The notes: generated from the sequence alone by a model not told the origin. Positions 1 to 14,212 are shown, counted from the stretch's first letter. The stretch: 64,000 nt of DNA from Squalus acanthias (GCA_030390025.1 CM059447.1:15810001-15874000), one strand, 5' to 3'. Numbers and translations are program-made.

Positions 1-325
1 AAGCTCTCTTTCCCCTCCCCCCGCAGTTCATGCTGGTATTCTCCCACTCAGTTAATGCTGACATGCTCCTTCCTCCACCATCCCAAAGCAATGCTCCCAG
101 CTTCTCTCTTCCTCAAAAGCACATTCCCCACTTATGGTCCCTTCCTCCTCCCCATTCCCCCCTATCCTTTTCCCTTCATTGCCATCTATTCCCACCTGTT
201 CCCTTCATTACTATCACCCTCCTTCCCTCTCTTTCATGATGTGGAGATGCCGGTGTTGGACTGGGGTGGACAAAAATGAGAAGTGGCACAACACCAGGTT
301 ATAGTCCAACAGTTTTATTTGAAAT

Positions 326-360
326 TACGAGCTTTCGGAGCTCTGCTCCTTCTTCAGGTA
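326..360 (-). ncRNA. Minimal type I hammerhead ribozyme motif
   Basis: UAC CUGAAGA A GGAGC-AGA-GCUCC GAAAG CUC^ GUA. Stem I 3 bp, stem II 5 bp, palindromic AGCU stem III. Activity untested. Confidence 0.6.
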
Positions 361-382
361 CAGTAGACTGTACAGTAGACTG

Positions 383-417
383 TACCTGAAGAAGGAGCAG
401 CGCTCCGAAAGCTCATA
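383..417 (+). ncRNA. Minimal type I hammerhead ribozyme motif with stem I mismatch
   Basis: UAC CUGAAGA A GGAGC-AGC-GCUCC GAAAG CUC^ AUA. C-A mismatch next to the cleavage site. Confidence 0.5.
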
Positions 418-976
418 ATTTCAAATAAAACTGTTGGACTATAACCTGGTGTTGTGCGACTTCTCATTTTTGTCCTCTCTTTCATTGTCATCCATTTCCC
501 CACTATTTCATTATTACCCATTCCCCCTTCCCTCTCTCCTTCATTCCCTTTTCTCTTCATTTCCCTTTAACCTCTTTTTTTCATTGCCATACATTCCTCC
601 TTCCTTCTCCCTTTCTCTGCTATCCGTTTCCCCTTCCCACTTCCCATCATTTCCCTCTTCCTTCTCCCCACTCATTGCCATCCGTTTCTCCCTTCCCACT
701 CCTCTCAGCGGCACTCCTGCCCGAGTCCTCCTAATAATGGAAGATTTGCTGGATGTTGCAGACTGCAGGTGGAAATTCCTGTAAGAATTCCCATGTACAG
801 TGCGTAGTGGCTAGAAAATCTTCCATTAGTAGCCAAAATTGGGGAAGAGTGGTACTAAGGGGCCTGGGTTGCATTGATATTGGTCAGCAAAAGCTGACCT
901 GCAGACCTGTCTCCCAAAACATGGAAGGTTGGCATATATGACATGAGCAGTATGTGATGTATCTTGTACATGTAAA

Positions 977-3087
977 AGATCCCCTGGCATGCTCTCCTCC
1001 TTCCAGATAAGAGAAATGAGTTCATGAATTCACGCCAGTAGTGCTTCTCCGCCATGCTTTAGTGCCTCGGCAGGGATTCCATCTGCTCCTGAGGCCTTGT
1101 TGTTCTTTAGTTGTCGGATGGCCTTTTCAACCTCATGCCGGGCTGGGGTTGTGCGGAGATGGTGGCGGGGAGCATGCTGCGGGATGGAGTTGAGGACACT
1201 CGTGTCGAAGACAGAGTCTCGGTTAAGGAGATCTTCGAATTGCTCCTTCCAGTGGGCACTGACTGCCTCTCTGTCCTTGATGAGTACCTCTCTGTTCTTG
1301 GCCCGCAGTGGGGTAGGACCTTGGGTGCTTGGGCCGTAGATGGTCTTGACTGCGCTAAATAATCCACGCACGTCGTGGTTGTCGGCTAGCTGCTGGATCT
1401 CCTGCGCTTTCTCCACCCACCATCTGTTCTTTAGGTCGCGAGTTTTTTGTTGGACCTCGGCCTTCAGGCGTCTGTAGAGATGCCGTAATTGTGACCGTCT
1501 TCAAGAAAGGTGACAAGTCCGATTGCAGTAATTGCAGAGGAGTTTCCCTGCTGTCTGCCACAGGGAAAGTTATCGCAAGAATTCTCCTCAATTGCCTTCT
1601 CCCAGTGGCCGAAGAGCTCCTCCCAGAGTCGCAATGCGGATTCCGCCCACTAAGGGGCACAATGGACATGATCTTCACCGCGCGTCAATTATAAGAGAAA
1701 TGCAGGGTACAGCACCAACCGCTGTACAAGGCCTTCTTTGATCTCACAAAGGCCTTCGACATTGTCAACCGTGAGAGATTATGGAGTGTCCTCAAATTCA
1801 GTTGCCCTGAAAAGTTTGTCACCATGCTCTGCCTGCTTCACGACGACATGCAAGCCGTGATCCTGACCAACGGTTCCACCACAGACCCAATTCACGTACG
1901 GACCGGGGTCAAACAAGGCTGTGTCATCGCAGCAACGCTCTTCTCGATCTTCCTTGCTGCAATGCTCCATCTCACCCTCAGTAAGCTCCCCACTGGAGTG
2001 GAGCTAATCTACAGAACAAACGGGAAACTGTTCAACCTCCATCGCCTCCAGTCCAGATCCAAGGTCGTCCCATCCTCTGTCGTCGAATTACAGTATGCAG
2101 ACGACGCTTGTGTCTGCGCTCACTCAGAGGTTGAACTCCAAACCATCGTCAACACCTTCACCGAAGCGTACGAGAGCATGGGCCTTACACTAAACATCCG
2201 TAAGACAAAGGTCCTCTACCAACCTGCCCCCGCCACTCAGTACTGCCCCCGATTATCAAAATCCACGACAAGGCCTTGGACAACGTGGACCACTTTCCAT
2301 ACCTCGGGAGCCTACTTTCAACAAGGGCAGACGTCGATGACGAAGTCCAACATCGCTTTCAGTGTGCCAGTGCAGCTTTCGGTCGCCTGAGTAAGAGAGC
2401 GTTTGAAGACCAGGACCTCAAACCCAGCACCAAGCTCATGGTCTACAGAGCAGCAGTGATACCCACCCTGCTGTATGCCTCAGAGACATGGGCCATTTAC
2501 AGCAGGCGCCTCAAAGCACTGGAGAGGTACCACCAACACTGACTCCGCAAGATCCTGCAAATCCATTGGCAGGATAGGTGCACCAACGTCAGTGTTCTCG
2601 CTCAGGCCAACATCCCCAGCATCGAAGCTTTGGCCACGCTTGATCAGCTCCGATGGACGGGTCACATCGCCCGCAAACCCGATACAAGACTCCCAAAACA
2701 AGCGCTCTACTCGGAGCTCCGACATGGCAAGAGAGCCCCAGGTGGGCAGAGGAAACGCTTCAAGGACACCCTCAAAGCCTCCTTGAAAAAGTGTAACATC
2801 CCCAGTGACACCTGGGAATCCCTGGCCCAAGACTGCACAAAGTGGAGGAGAAGCATCCGGGAAGATGCCGAACACCTCGAGTCTCTTCGCCGGGAGCAAG
2901 CGGAAGCCAAGCGCAAGCAGCGTACATCAACCCAAGCACCCCACCCACCTGCCCCATCAACCACCATCTGCCCCACCTGTGACAGAGACTGTAGATCCCG
3001 CATTGGACTCATCAGTCACCTGAGAACTCATTTTTAATGTGGAAGCAAGTCATCCTCGGTTCCGAGGGACTGCCTAAGAGAGAGAAG
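977..3087 (+). mobile_element. RTE-clade LINE, 5'-truncated with inverted 5' segment (977-1479 minus; 1476-3087 plus), inactive
   Basis: RT motifs GVKQGCV and LQYADD, C-terminal C2H2 (CPTCDRDCRSRIGLISHLRTH), short 3' UTR with hairpin cctcgg-tt-ccgagg, AG-rich tail, and several stops/frameshifts. Confidence 0.92.
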
Positions 3088-3723
3088 ACAGTAAAAATAT
3101 CAAATCTTTCTTACTATACATTTAACTTTGGCTGTACAAATAGACCTAGATTTTACATCTTTCTGTCATGGGGTGCATCTCCTAAGTGGGGTGGGGGTGG
3201 AGGAGACAGCTGCTCACCATAAAGGTACACCCCTAACCCAGCTGATCTTCCGGCCTCGGGGCCATTTTAATAATGGAATCGGGCTCCCTGGCCTCTACCA
3301 AGGAGTATCAGTGAAACTGGACCGAGGTCTGCCTTCACTCTCAGAACGACTGCACAGGTCCTGAAACCAATACAAATCCTTGGGCCCTCCTCCGCTGCCT
3401 TTGGTGCACGGGACCCTTGGGACTAAGAGGCTTCCCTTGCCTCCAGTACAGATAGTGACGCGCACGGTGGGAAATAAATTGGAGAACGTTATTTCTCTCA
3501 TTCGCACTTACAGGCGGGCATATTGTCTGCTGCACGGCCTGGGGAGCAGGAAGTGGTGGGGACACACAACAAGGTGTCCCTGACCAACCCTCTGCCCTTG
3601 ACTACTCCACATGATTGGGGGGTGGTGGGGGCAGAAAATAAAGTCCATTGTTTAAGCAAAACATTTTGCTTTATACGCAGTAATCTAACTGGGAACTGTC
3701 CAGAATGTTGTAACTGTTAACAG

Positions 3724-3995
3724 CACAATGATGCACAATCGAAGCTGTAATGCCATGGGGGATGCAATGTCACAATGCACAATGAGAAACAGTAATATCA
3801 TAATACTCCAAAGGGAATCAAAGTCATCACAATAATGTCCAGGAAGACAATGAGCTCACAGTGCTGCACAGGAAAGCAATTGCGCCACAATACAAACAGA
3901 AGAAAAGATCGGTAGAGAAAAATAGTAACATGGTATTACTGTACAGGGAATCAACAAGCAGTCACAATACTGCACCAGGAAGCAATGACATCACG
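3724..3995. repeat. Degenerate ~29-bp minisatellite
   Basis: Units such as acaataatgtccaggaagacaatgagctc, acagtgctgcacaggaaagcaattgcgcc and acaatactgcaccaggaagcaatgacatc. Confidence 0.55.
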
Positions 3996-4824
3996 GCTGG
4001 AGATGAGCTCAAGGTTTAGGTTCAATAAAACTGATGAGGAAACCCTGCAAAGAAATTCTATTTTAGGAAGTTACTTTTGGTTTTGGAGAATTAAACGCAA
4101 AATTTGAAACCACAAAGCTGACTAATAATCATTAACGCGGGCACATTAGATCGGAACTGTTTGCTCAAGTTACGGAGGGAACCGATGAACTAAGCTGCAC
4201 AGGAAAGTAACAAGGTTATATTGTGTGTTGAGGGGGAACGAGCAAGACAGAATTTCCAGAAACACCTCTTTGTTTCTGTGCCGATATCTTGAAACCTTCA
4301 ATCTCACATTACTACTTCACTCACCAATAGTGTGTGTCACATTAAAGTGTCCCAGTGGCTCCCAGCTGACTGGGGAGAAATCTGTTAAACGGTGCATGAA
4401 ATATTCGATAGTAAAAAGGTACTCATTTAACCATCTCCAGAACTGTTGTCAGCTGGGGCCTTTTAATGGTGCTTTCACCATGGTGACAAAATGGATTGAA
4501 TTTAATTAGTTCAATAAAGGGTGTACATAACAGAACTGGACTCTGGCAGATGCAGGAAGCTGGCCAGCTATGATCTTATACTGGTGGGAATGAAAGATCA
4601 TATTTTGGTTGATTGGTTGGTTTGGGGGGGGGGGCGGTTCCAGTAAGTTTGCTGCCTTTGCAGCTTACATCTTTTAATAACCCTTTTCATGTTTCAAAGT
4701 CTCCACCGAAACCTTGATTATATTAACGCCGTTCACATTTCCGTCGATAGCCAACTGGCTGTTGTGACTGCAGATCATTTTATTCTCCTAATACGCCTGT
4801 TTCTGCCCCTTATTCCACATACTA

Positions 4825-4980
<156 letters not shown>

Positions 4981-5288
4981 TTAAAATTTTATTTTTAAAA
5001 AGAAGTCGTTAAGTAACATTTATTAAGACATCATATTCCAGAAGTACCCTCACTAAACTAAACCTTCAAAAATAAATGATAGGAATAAGCCTTTAATACC
5101 AAATCAAGGCAGTTATCAATCCTAGGTGGTAAAACTCAAATCCCCATTTAATTAAAAGGAATGCTTGGATTTGGTAATGCGCCCCCCCCCGACATTCGCT
5201 CTTTCACTCCCCCAGTTGAGTAATATTAGAGGAACACCTTGTGCTTTAAAAACAGCTTTTCTTGCTAGTCTTCACCCTGTGGATTAGG

Positions 5289-5562
5289 CATAGAATCATA
5301 GAATGATGCAGCAAAGAAGGAGGCCATTCGGCCCATCATGTCTGTGCCGGCTCTTTGAAGGAGCTCTCCAATTAGTCCCGCTCCCCTGCCCTTTCCCTGT
5401 AGCCCTGCAAATTTTTCCCCTTCAAGTATTTGTCCAATTCCCTTCTGAAAGTTATTATTGAATCTGCTTCCACCGCCCTTTCTGGCAGTGCATTCCAGAT
5501 CATAACAACTCGCAGCGTAACACAATGGCTCCTCATCTGCCCTCCAGTTGTTTTGCCAATTA
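5289..5562 (-). mobile_element. CR1/HER1-type LINE 3' fragment
   Basis: RVVMIWNALPERAVEADSIITFRRELDKYL plus 3' UTR and (attctatg)n tail. Confidence 0.85.
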
Positions 5563-5870
5563 CTTTACATGACTGAAATATGACGGTAGTGTAGAAAGTG
5601 TGGGGTATTCCAAATTCAGACCAGATCAACATATCTGATGCCACTCCCTCACACTCCCACCTCCCCCGTGCCCCGTACCTGCCTACTCCTGCTCCTAATT
5701 CTTATGTTCTATGTATCAGGCTGCAGGTCACTAGCTGTCTCTGCTTACTGCTAATTGCATCCTGACATCACATGTGAATTTTCTCTATAGATATCACATA
5801 CTGAAACTACAGGGTTCTGTACCATTCTTATGGTGCAATAAAATATTCATAATCTCATCTTTAATTATCA

Positions 5871-6410
<540 letters not shown>

Positions 6411-6931
6411 GACTTGCCTTGTTCCAGGGGCAGTGGAAAACCACTTTATCTGTGGGACTTGTGAATTGCTGCTGGATTCACCGGCCCTGCTTCTGGATGA
6501 AGAACAGTGCTGGGTGGGAAAGCAAACAGGGGAGCAGGAAGGCTGGTAGAACAGTTCTGTCTGAAACCAGAGCACCAATGTGAAGGCACCTTAATATGAA
6601 TGTAAAAATGGGTATTTTTGTTCAATACGTGGGTTGGGGGAATTGCTGGGTCCTTAGTGTGTGTTTTTTGATTACCTGTACTGAATGCGGAAGCAATGCC
6701 GGTTCCCTGTGTTGCCAACAAGTGCACAATGGAGTCATGGGGCTCTACAGTTAATTTCAGTCTGGCATATGTTGTTATCAGAAAGTACTGGCTAGTAGCT
6801 AAGGCAGTAAATACACATTTCAGGCATGAACACTGTAGTTATGCAATTTCATTTGTATTTATGTTACCAATAGTATTTTATTTATATAGTTATTAGACCA
6901 GAAGCAACAAGCCACAATCTAAAAAGACAAC

Positions 6932-7260
6932 AGGCTAGAAAGTCGATGGCACCCTGCCTGTTTTTCAGGTGCCAGGTGGGGGCCTAAGCATCCAATAGGG
7001 AGGGTTGGATGCGACGGAAGTGCGCCACCCGCCATCTTGTTAAAGGTAAAAAAAAAAAAGAGGCGTCCAGAGCCCTTGCCTGAAACAGGCCCTCTGCATA
7101 TGCAAATAAAGGGGCCCAAAGCCTGTTTGAGGACCCTTTGAAAAATTGGGCTGCCTTGGATGCAGCCGGCGCCCATAGATGGAGGGGCAGTGTTCCAACA
7201 CACTCTGCCACCCAGTTCCCCTGACTACTCTCATCTATAATCAGCTTTCTCCGGTGCCCA
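6932..7260. mobile_element. GC-rich MITE-like fragment
   Basis: Start ggctagaaagtcgatggcaccctgcctgtttttcagg resembles the reverse complement of 35322-35360. Both carry an octamer (atgcaaat). Confidence 0.45.
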
Positions 7261-8149
7261 TTTTAAGAGTTAAAGAACAAGCAGGCAGACTGATGGTGAT
7301 CATTTTGATATCTGGAGCCTGACAGCAACCATACTGACAGGAACTTCAGTCCAGAGCCCCCCAAAATAGACTAAATTCATTATATTTATATCTGCAAACA
7401 TAAGATAAATCACTCTTTTATAGCTGTGTTGGCACCTGTTTCATACTATACACAAGGTATTAGTTTCTCTTCTTCAGAATTAATCTGCCCTTGGCCCTGC
7501 TTCCGCTGCTGTTGCTCAGTCCACATGAACCACAGTTACTAAGTTACAGGGAACTGGGAAGCCTGAATGCAATGCAGTTCAGGTCATTTCTGCTGTAATC
7601 TTGAGTTTTGTCAGCTGTTTTTCAAATGACCTTGAAGGTTTTGGAACCACCTGAAATTCTGTGGTCCCTAGATAAAAGCAAGGTGATTGCTAACTGATAA
7701 GCATTTTTCTGTTATATAGCAAGTATTCTATGGTCAAAAAATCCAATCTGAAGTAAATGAAATGATAAGCACAGCTCAGCTCCATAACAATCAGTAACAC
7801 ACCTTCAACAGCAAACGTTTGTTCAACAAGTATCAATGACCATTCAAATACAGGTCAGATTCATTCTACAGATCGAGATTGTACATGTCTGAATTCTATA
7901 ATTCAGTTTTGAGGAGAAACTGGGTTTTTAAACAGTGCTTTAAGCAAAACCTCTTCTTCCACTCCATGCCTCTGATTTCTGATAGGGTTGTTCCATTAAT
8001 TGGAGGATGGTTGAGGTGGACTAGATTGCATGGGGAGTCCTGCATAGCAAGGCAAAACCTTATGTACTTCTTTAAAAAAAAAGTTAGGGATATCAAGGAA
8101 TGAGTCACTCAATTACTGTGAAATGGAACAAAAGAAAAACTGCATCTTA

Positions 8150-8314
<165 letters not shown>

Positions 8315-9174
8315 CTATGGTTCAATGTCGAACTTAAGTTAGGAACTGGTGTGGTTAGGGTCCTTAATTCACTGGAATGGCTTGGCACAGAATTGTCCTT
8401 ATTGGACTAATTTGCTCCAATCTTGTCCTTATTTTACTCAATTAGACTGATAAAGAATTGCCTTATTCCATTTCCAAACATTGGTTTCAAGAAAAGTTAA
8501 TGTCAAAAGCAAACAGGAGAAACCAAAGACCGAGACAAGGCCAGTTTGGTTTTGACTTGCCTTGTCAAATGAGATATTTATGACATTTCAAGGAAATGTT
8601 TGCTAATTGCATTTGCTATGATGTAAATGTCTTTTTGTTGATGTTTCAACTTTTTTAAAACTTAAAACAACATAATTTAGAGTAAATCTTCATCTCCCAC
8701 TGGGGTATTGATTAGAAATCAGTTGCAATAAGGTACAGGTTACCTCACACATGACAAAAGCCTGGCATTGTCTAGGAACAGGGGTGAGGCGAGCATTGAT
8801 GTTGTATGAAGCTGAGAGCAGGTATAATGAAGCAGGTATAATCATTTTACTGAAACATTTTATTGTTAGAATCTGGACAATTTATGGAACCTGCAAGGAA
8901 CTGTCCCTTTAAGTGGCAAGTCTCTGAATTTCTGACGTATGATCAATTTGATCTTTAACTAAAATCACACTATCTTCCAATAATAGGGTACTTTGTTTCT
9001 TGATGTAGAGAAGAATCAGAGTATAAGTCTTATAAAATGTTTGGATTGTTCCATTTCTGGAAGTTTAAAAAAAAGCAGCTTGATTAAGCTCTCCGATGGG
9101 CACCCGCTTTATATTGAACTGTTGGCTTCCAACTTGCTTAGTCCTAATTTTGTTCGCCCACTATGCAGCATTTA

Positions 9175-9396
<222 letters not shown>

Positions 9397-9444
9397 TTAC
9401 TGCTCCCAAGGTCAGTGTAACAGGTATTACATTAAAGGCCCACC

Positions 9445-9898
9445 TGGCCGTATCCTAACTCGCACCAAGTCCTGTTCACCCATCACCCCTGTGCTCGCTG
9501 ACCTACATTGGCTCCCAGTCCGGCAAAGCCTCAATTTTAAAATTCTCATCCTTGTTTTCAAATCCCTCCCTATCATTGTAACCTCCTCCAGCCCTACAAC
9601 CCTCCGAGATCTCTGCGCTCCTCCAATTCTGGCCTCTTGCGCATCCCTGATTTTAATCACTCCACCATTGGCAGCCGTGTCTTCTACTGCCTAGGCCCTA
9701 AGCTCTGGAATTCCTTTCCTAAACGTTTCCGCCTCTCTACCCTCTTTTAAGACACTCCTTAAAACTACCTCTTTGACCAAGTAATACCTCATGTGGCTCG
9801 GTGTCAAATTTTGTTTGATAACGCTCCTGTGATGCACCTTGGGACATTTTACTACATTAAAGGTGCTATATAAATACATGTTGTTGTCGGTGTTGTTT
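9445..9898 (+). mobile_element. L2-clade LINE 3' fragment
   Basis: SPITPVLADLHWLPVRQSLNFKILILVFKSL; ends gctatataaata + (tgt)n. Confidence 0.85.
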
Positions 9899-9974
9899 AT
9901 TCTGAATTAATCTCCAATTATTAAGGGTGAGAATTAATTGTTTTGGTTTGGTTTTGGGGGCTCCAATACTCAGG

Positions 9975-10695
9975 TGTATGTGAAACTAAAGATCGGAGCT
10001 CAAATACACAAATCACTAAAAGTATCGACACAGGTTAACAAGGCCATAAAAAAGCAAACCAAGCACTAGGGTTTATTTCTAGAGGGATTGAATTGAAAAG
10101 TAGTGAAGTTACGCTAAACTTGTATCGAACCTTGGTTAGACCACACTTGGGCGAGTACTGTGTACAATTCTGGTCACCATATTATAAAAAGGACATAGAA
10201 GCACTGGAGAGGGTGCAGAGAAGATTTACAAGGATGATACCAGAAATGCGAGGGTACACTGACCAGGAAAGGATGAACAGGCTGGGTCTCTTTTCCCTTG
10301 GAAAAAAGGCTGAGGGATGACCTAATAGAGGTCTTTAAAATTATGAAAGAGGAGACACAGAGAGAGTGTTTCCACTTGTGGGGAAGAGCATAACTAGAGG
10401 CCATTCATATAAGATAGTCAACAAGAAATCAAACAGGGAAATCAGAAGAAACTTCTTCACCCAGAGAGTGGCGAGAACGTGGAACTCGCTACCACAGGGA
10501 GTGGTTGGGGCAAATAGTATAGATGCATTTAAGGGGAGGCTAAATAACCATATGAGGGAGATGGAATAGAGGGTTATGCTGATAGAGTTAGATGAGGAAA
10601 GACGGGAGAGGCTCGAGTGAGCATAAATGTCAGCATGGACTGGTTGGGCTGAATGGCCTGTTTCTGTGTCATATATCCTATGTAATCCTATGTAA
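9975..10695 (+). mobile_element. CR1/HER1-type LINE 3' fragment
   Basis: LYRTLVRPHL..YCVQFWSPYYKKDIEALERVQRRFTRMIP and FFTQRVARTWNSLP; (atcctatgta)2 tail. Confidence 0.9.
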
Positions 10696-11735
10696 CTTTA
10701 GCAGTTGATACAATAGTTTCCCTTAACTGTCACGGAGTAAGGACTAATTTCCCCATTATATTGTTGAGACAAATATTTGTATTATCTCTATAATGTCACA
10801 GATCATTAGTAGAGCCCTCATCTCTTTACCCTAGATCATTCAACCAGGGAAAACTAACATCAACTCTACCACACATAGACCAGCCAGAACATCAAGGATT
10901 GGATGCTTTCCTCCAAGAACACAAACATATAGACAACACATATTAGATTGAAGGGTTTGAGTGCTCTTTATTAGACTACCTTAATGAACTGGATGCTGTT
11001 GACTAGACTGTAAGTTGATTAAGGAGCTAAAAAAATGATTTCAAATTCACAATTTATTTTGCCTATTTTTGTTCTAATATCTTCAAGCAAATTATGGGAA
11101 ATGACTGCTGAGATAAGTAGAGTGATGGCACAATACGTACTAAGGGACACAAGAAAACTGGGCAAGCTGAGTACAAGAGGATCTGAGCTGGGTAAAATGT
11201 AGTTATTTGCAAACATTAATCCCATTCTACACATTTCAGGTTCTGCATCTAATTCAATGCTAACCCTTAGTAATTATCACATATTTTATGAAAGATTAAT
11301 ACATTTTCAGGAATGAGACCACAATAGGAAAACTGTCTTGTTATCTAACATTTTCAAACACTATTCTCTTTCGATGCATGGTTTCAAAACTATACAGGTG
11401 AACAAGCAATTAATTTAAAAAAAATGTTATTTTAATAGATTACCAAATTTTTGGTGTTGTGCTCAGAATTATATGTCAACCTTTAATAGTTTTTATGCAT
11501 TTCAAAAGGGCAGTTCAAACATTATGTTCCACCATTTGATTAAGAACCAGTTCTTATTTAGTCGTCATCAACGATTTGCCCCAGTATTTTTCAAATAATT
11601 TTTAAACATTTTATTCAAATAAATAGTAGCTGAAAATGAACCTGCTCCTGTTTCTTCAGTGTATTCAGGGCTAGTGATCCATTTACAGAGGCAGTTTGCA
11701 ATAGTTCAACCGTGCTGCCTGCTCAGGCTCCTCAC

Positions 11736-11834
11736 CTCTTTCACTGGCACGTTGCTCTTTAGCTTGTTCAGCCTATTCCGTTGATAGTCAGTGGGGGTTC
11801 CTCCTTTTTGTGAAAGGCACAGTCCACTTGATTT
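11736..11834 (-). CDS. BAHCC1: BAHCC1 short coding exon, phase 0-0
   Basis: tttttcccacatcag acceptor, GAG|gtgagg donor. KSSGLCLSQKGGTPTDYQRNRLNKLKSNVPVKE fills the slot of RKNGALSITL...RKLSKVKHK; similarity is weak. Confidence 0.68.
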
Positions 11835-13825
11835 CTGATGTGGGAAAAACAAAAGTGGGTCAGTCCACAAGGCCTGGATTCAATTACAAAGTTAAAATCA
11901 AATCCCACGTGGAAGCCTCATTTACAGAAAGGTATTGTTCCAGAGTGAATCTAGGATGGAGTCATCGAGTGAGACACAAGCAGCCATTCATACCAGTGGA
12001 AAAAACTCTCTCTCCAGCCATGAGTTATACAAGCAAATGTAGACCAAAATGAGGGCGATGCCCATCTGATCTGTGTCCCCTGACTAAAGGTAACAAGGTG
12101 GCCGTGCGGAGACACAGCAGGAGCTAGCTGGCTAAAGTTCTTCTCTTAAGGCATGCACCAATGTAAATGTTGCATTCTTCAGGTTCGCGAATTGAGTGAA
12201 AAGGGCTTTGCGGCTACAAATAGAAAATAGAAAATTGCAGTCCAGTGCACCTCATTTGATTTGGGAGCACATTCAGTCACACCATAGCAGTCAACTGTTC
12301 CATAGCTGTGCTTTCTTTAACCATGTGAGTATTGAATATTTACAAATTTCTAATTACATATACATGCTCTATTATACTAAATCAGCAAAACCAATTGTCC
12401 ACAAATTCTAATAAAGAGTTACAGAAATGGACAGAAGCAAAGAGGAAAAAGGTGACTTCGGACCTATGGTTCCCAAAGGTCTCTACCACCAAGGTTATTC
12501 TTGTGTCATTTCTGGGTCTGTTGTAGACTAATTGATACAGAGACTGATTGCTATAATTAGTCAACAACTCCCATTATAGCGTGCAACTACCAGGATGGTG
12601 GAAGACGAACTAGATGGACCATCGTCTTTTTTCATCTAGCAATTCCTATGTTCTTATTCCTTCTGTTGCAATATTTTCAGAATAACATGAACTGTAATTT
12701 TGCTCAATTTCCACAATGGCATTCAAATTTTCTCTCAGTACTCAAAGGGTTACATACACACTGGAGTTATTTGACTAATGATGGTTCATTATTCCTCATG
12801 ACTCCCACTGTTACCTCTCCCATCATTGAAAGTAGGATTGTGAGGTAATGGGATTAGGAGGTTTGCCACACTGCAAGTTGTGTGTCTACTGAAGCACATG
12901 ATGGGAGTCAGTTTTTCTGATGATGGTATGATCCGTCTTGAAAGCCTAGCTGATAAGTCTTTAAGCTACTCCTATTTCTGACGGATTGCTGGAACTTAAT
13001 TTTTTGACCACAGTGATGTAAGGTGAGGGCCCGGCACTAGTGCAACAACTAATCCATGAAATAACTAATTATATCAAAATGAAGAGCAAGTGTTACAAAG
13101 CCCATGACAGGTCTGTGAAGAACCTTCTAATGTAAAACTCCTGGCAAGGGTCGGTATTACTTGGAGTATACTAAACAGGCTGGTTTCTGTCATCTAACAT
13201 CTGCACTAATTATTTTGCATACGTTCAGTGATTTAAAGCCGCAGAGCGACATAAAATTATGCAAGTTTTAAAATGAACACAACTTTAAAATATTACCATA
13301 TGTCAGAACTTTGCCCATTGAAATACTCAGCTGAAGTACAAAATGGGAAATTCTGGCTTGTACTCGCACCGAAACACTATATTGAGGTGTTTCACCTCTA
13401 AAGTTTGTGCAGTTAGAAATATACTCAATAGTAGCCACATATTTTGTTTATCTGCAAGGAGATCTGATCTCACTTCTACGCCTTCGCTCTCCCTCTGCTA
13501 TACAGACGGCCGGCTCAATTTTGGCTGCTAATTATTTGAAGGTGGTTTTTAAAACTTATTTATTTTTAAGATGAAAATGTTACTAGTGAGCACGGAGTAA
13601 AGTCTACCACAAATATGCCATCACATGATTCAGTTCACCATTACACCTCAGCACTCTGTGCTCAGTTCGAAGCAGTGAGACTTTTAAACAAATAAATATT
13701 TTAAGAATTTGCCGTCAAATAAACTGCAACCAAAAATGAATATGTCCACAGTCACGGACAAGACAGACATGGAAGCCAGCCTCCTTGCTGTAGACTGGAG
13801 CAAAGGACACAATTATTATCAAGCA

Positions 13826-14212
13826 CAACAGCAACAATAACTTGCATTTATATAGCACTTTTAACGTAGAAAAACGTCTCAAAGCATTTCACATGGATTT
13901 GAGGAAAAATGAACGCGGAACTGAAAATGGAGATATATGGAGGGAGGGCCAAAAGCTTGGTCAAAGAAGTGGATTTTCAGGAGGCTTTTGAAGGCGGAAA
14001 GGGAGGTGGCAAGGCAGAGTAGTTTAGGGAGGGAATTCCAGAGAGTGGGACCGAGGCGGCTGAAAGCACGGCCACCAATGGTGGGGTGAAGGGCAAGAAA
14101 TGCCCAAGTGGCTGGAGTCAGAGGAACAGGGAGTTCCAGGGGTTGCAGTAGGTTATAGAAATGGGGAGGGGGAGCAGCCCATTTAAAAGGTAAGGGCAAG
14201 AATTTTAAATTT
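13826..14212 (-). mobile_element. L2-clade LINE 3' fragment
   Basis: IGGRAFSRLGPTLWNSLP...AFKSLLKIHFFDQAF; same tail as 9445-9898. Confidence 0.8.

Larger units (their letters stand above)
238..475. mobile_element. Penelope-like (PLE)-derived palindromic mini-element
   Basis: 97-bp inverted arms (268-364, 379-475) with 3 mismatches, an unpaired 30-nt extension (238-267), TSD tctctttcat (228-237, 476-485), and a hammerhead core in each arm. Confidence 0.8.
1..710. repeat. Pyrimidine-rich low-complexity tract, interrupted at 238-475
   Basis: C/T-rich with recurring tcattgccatc and ttccc units. Confidence 0.7.

Noticed and set aside
30-784. Pro/Ser/Phe-rich ORFs
   Set aside because: Products of pyrimidine-rich low-complexity sequence.
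12850-13060. Possible ancient conserved repeat or structured RNA
   Set aside because: I could not identify a family, a second copy or a convincing fold.
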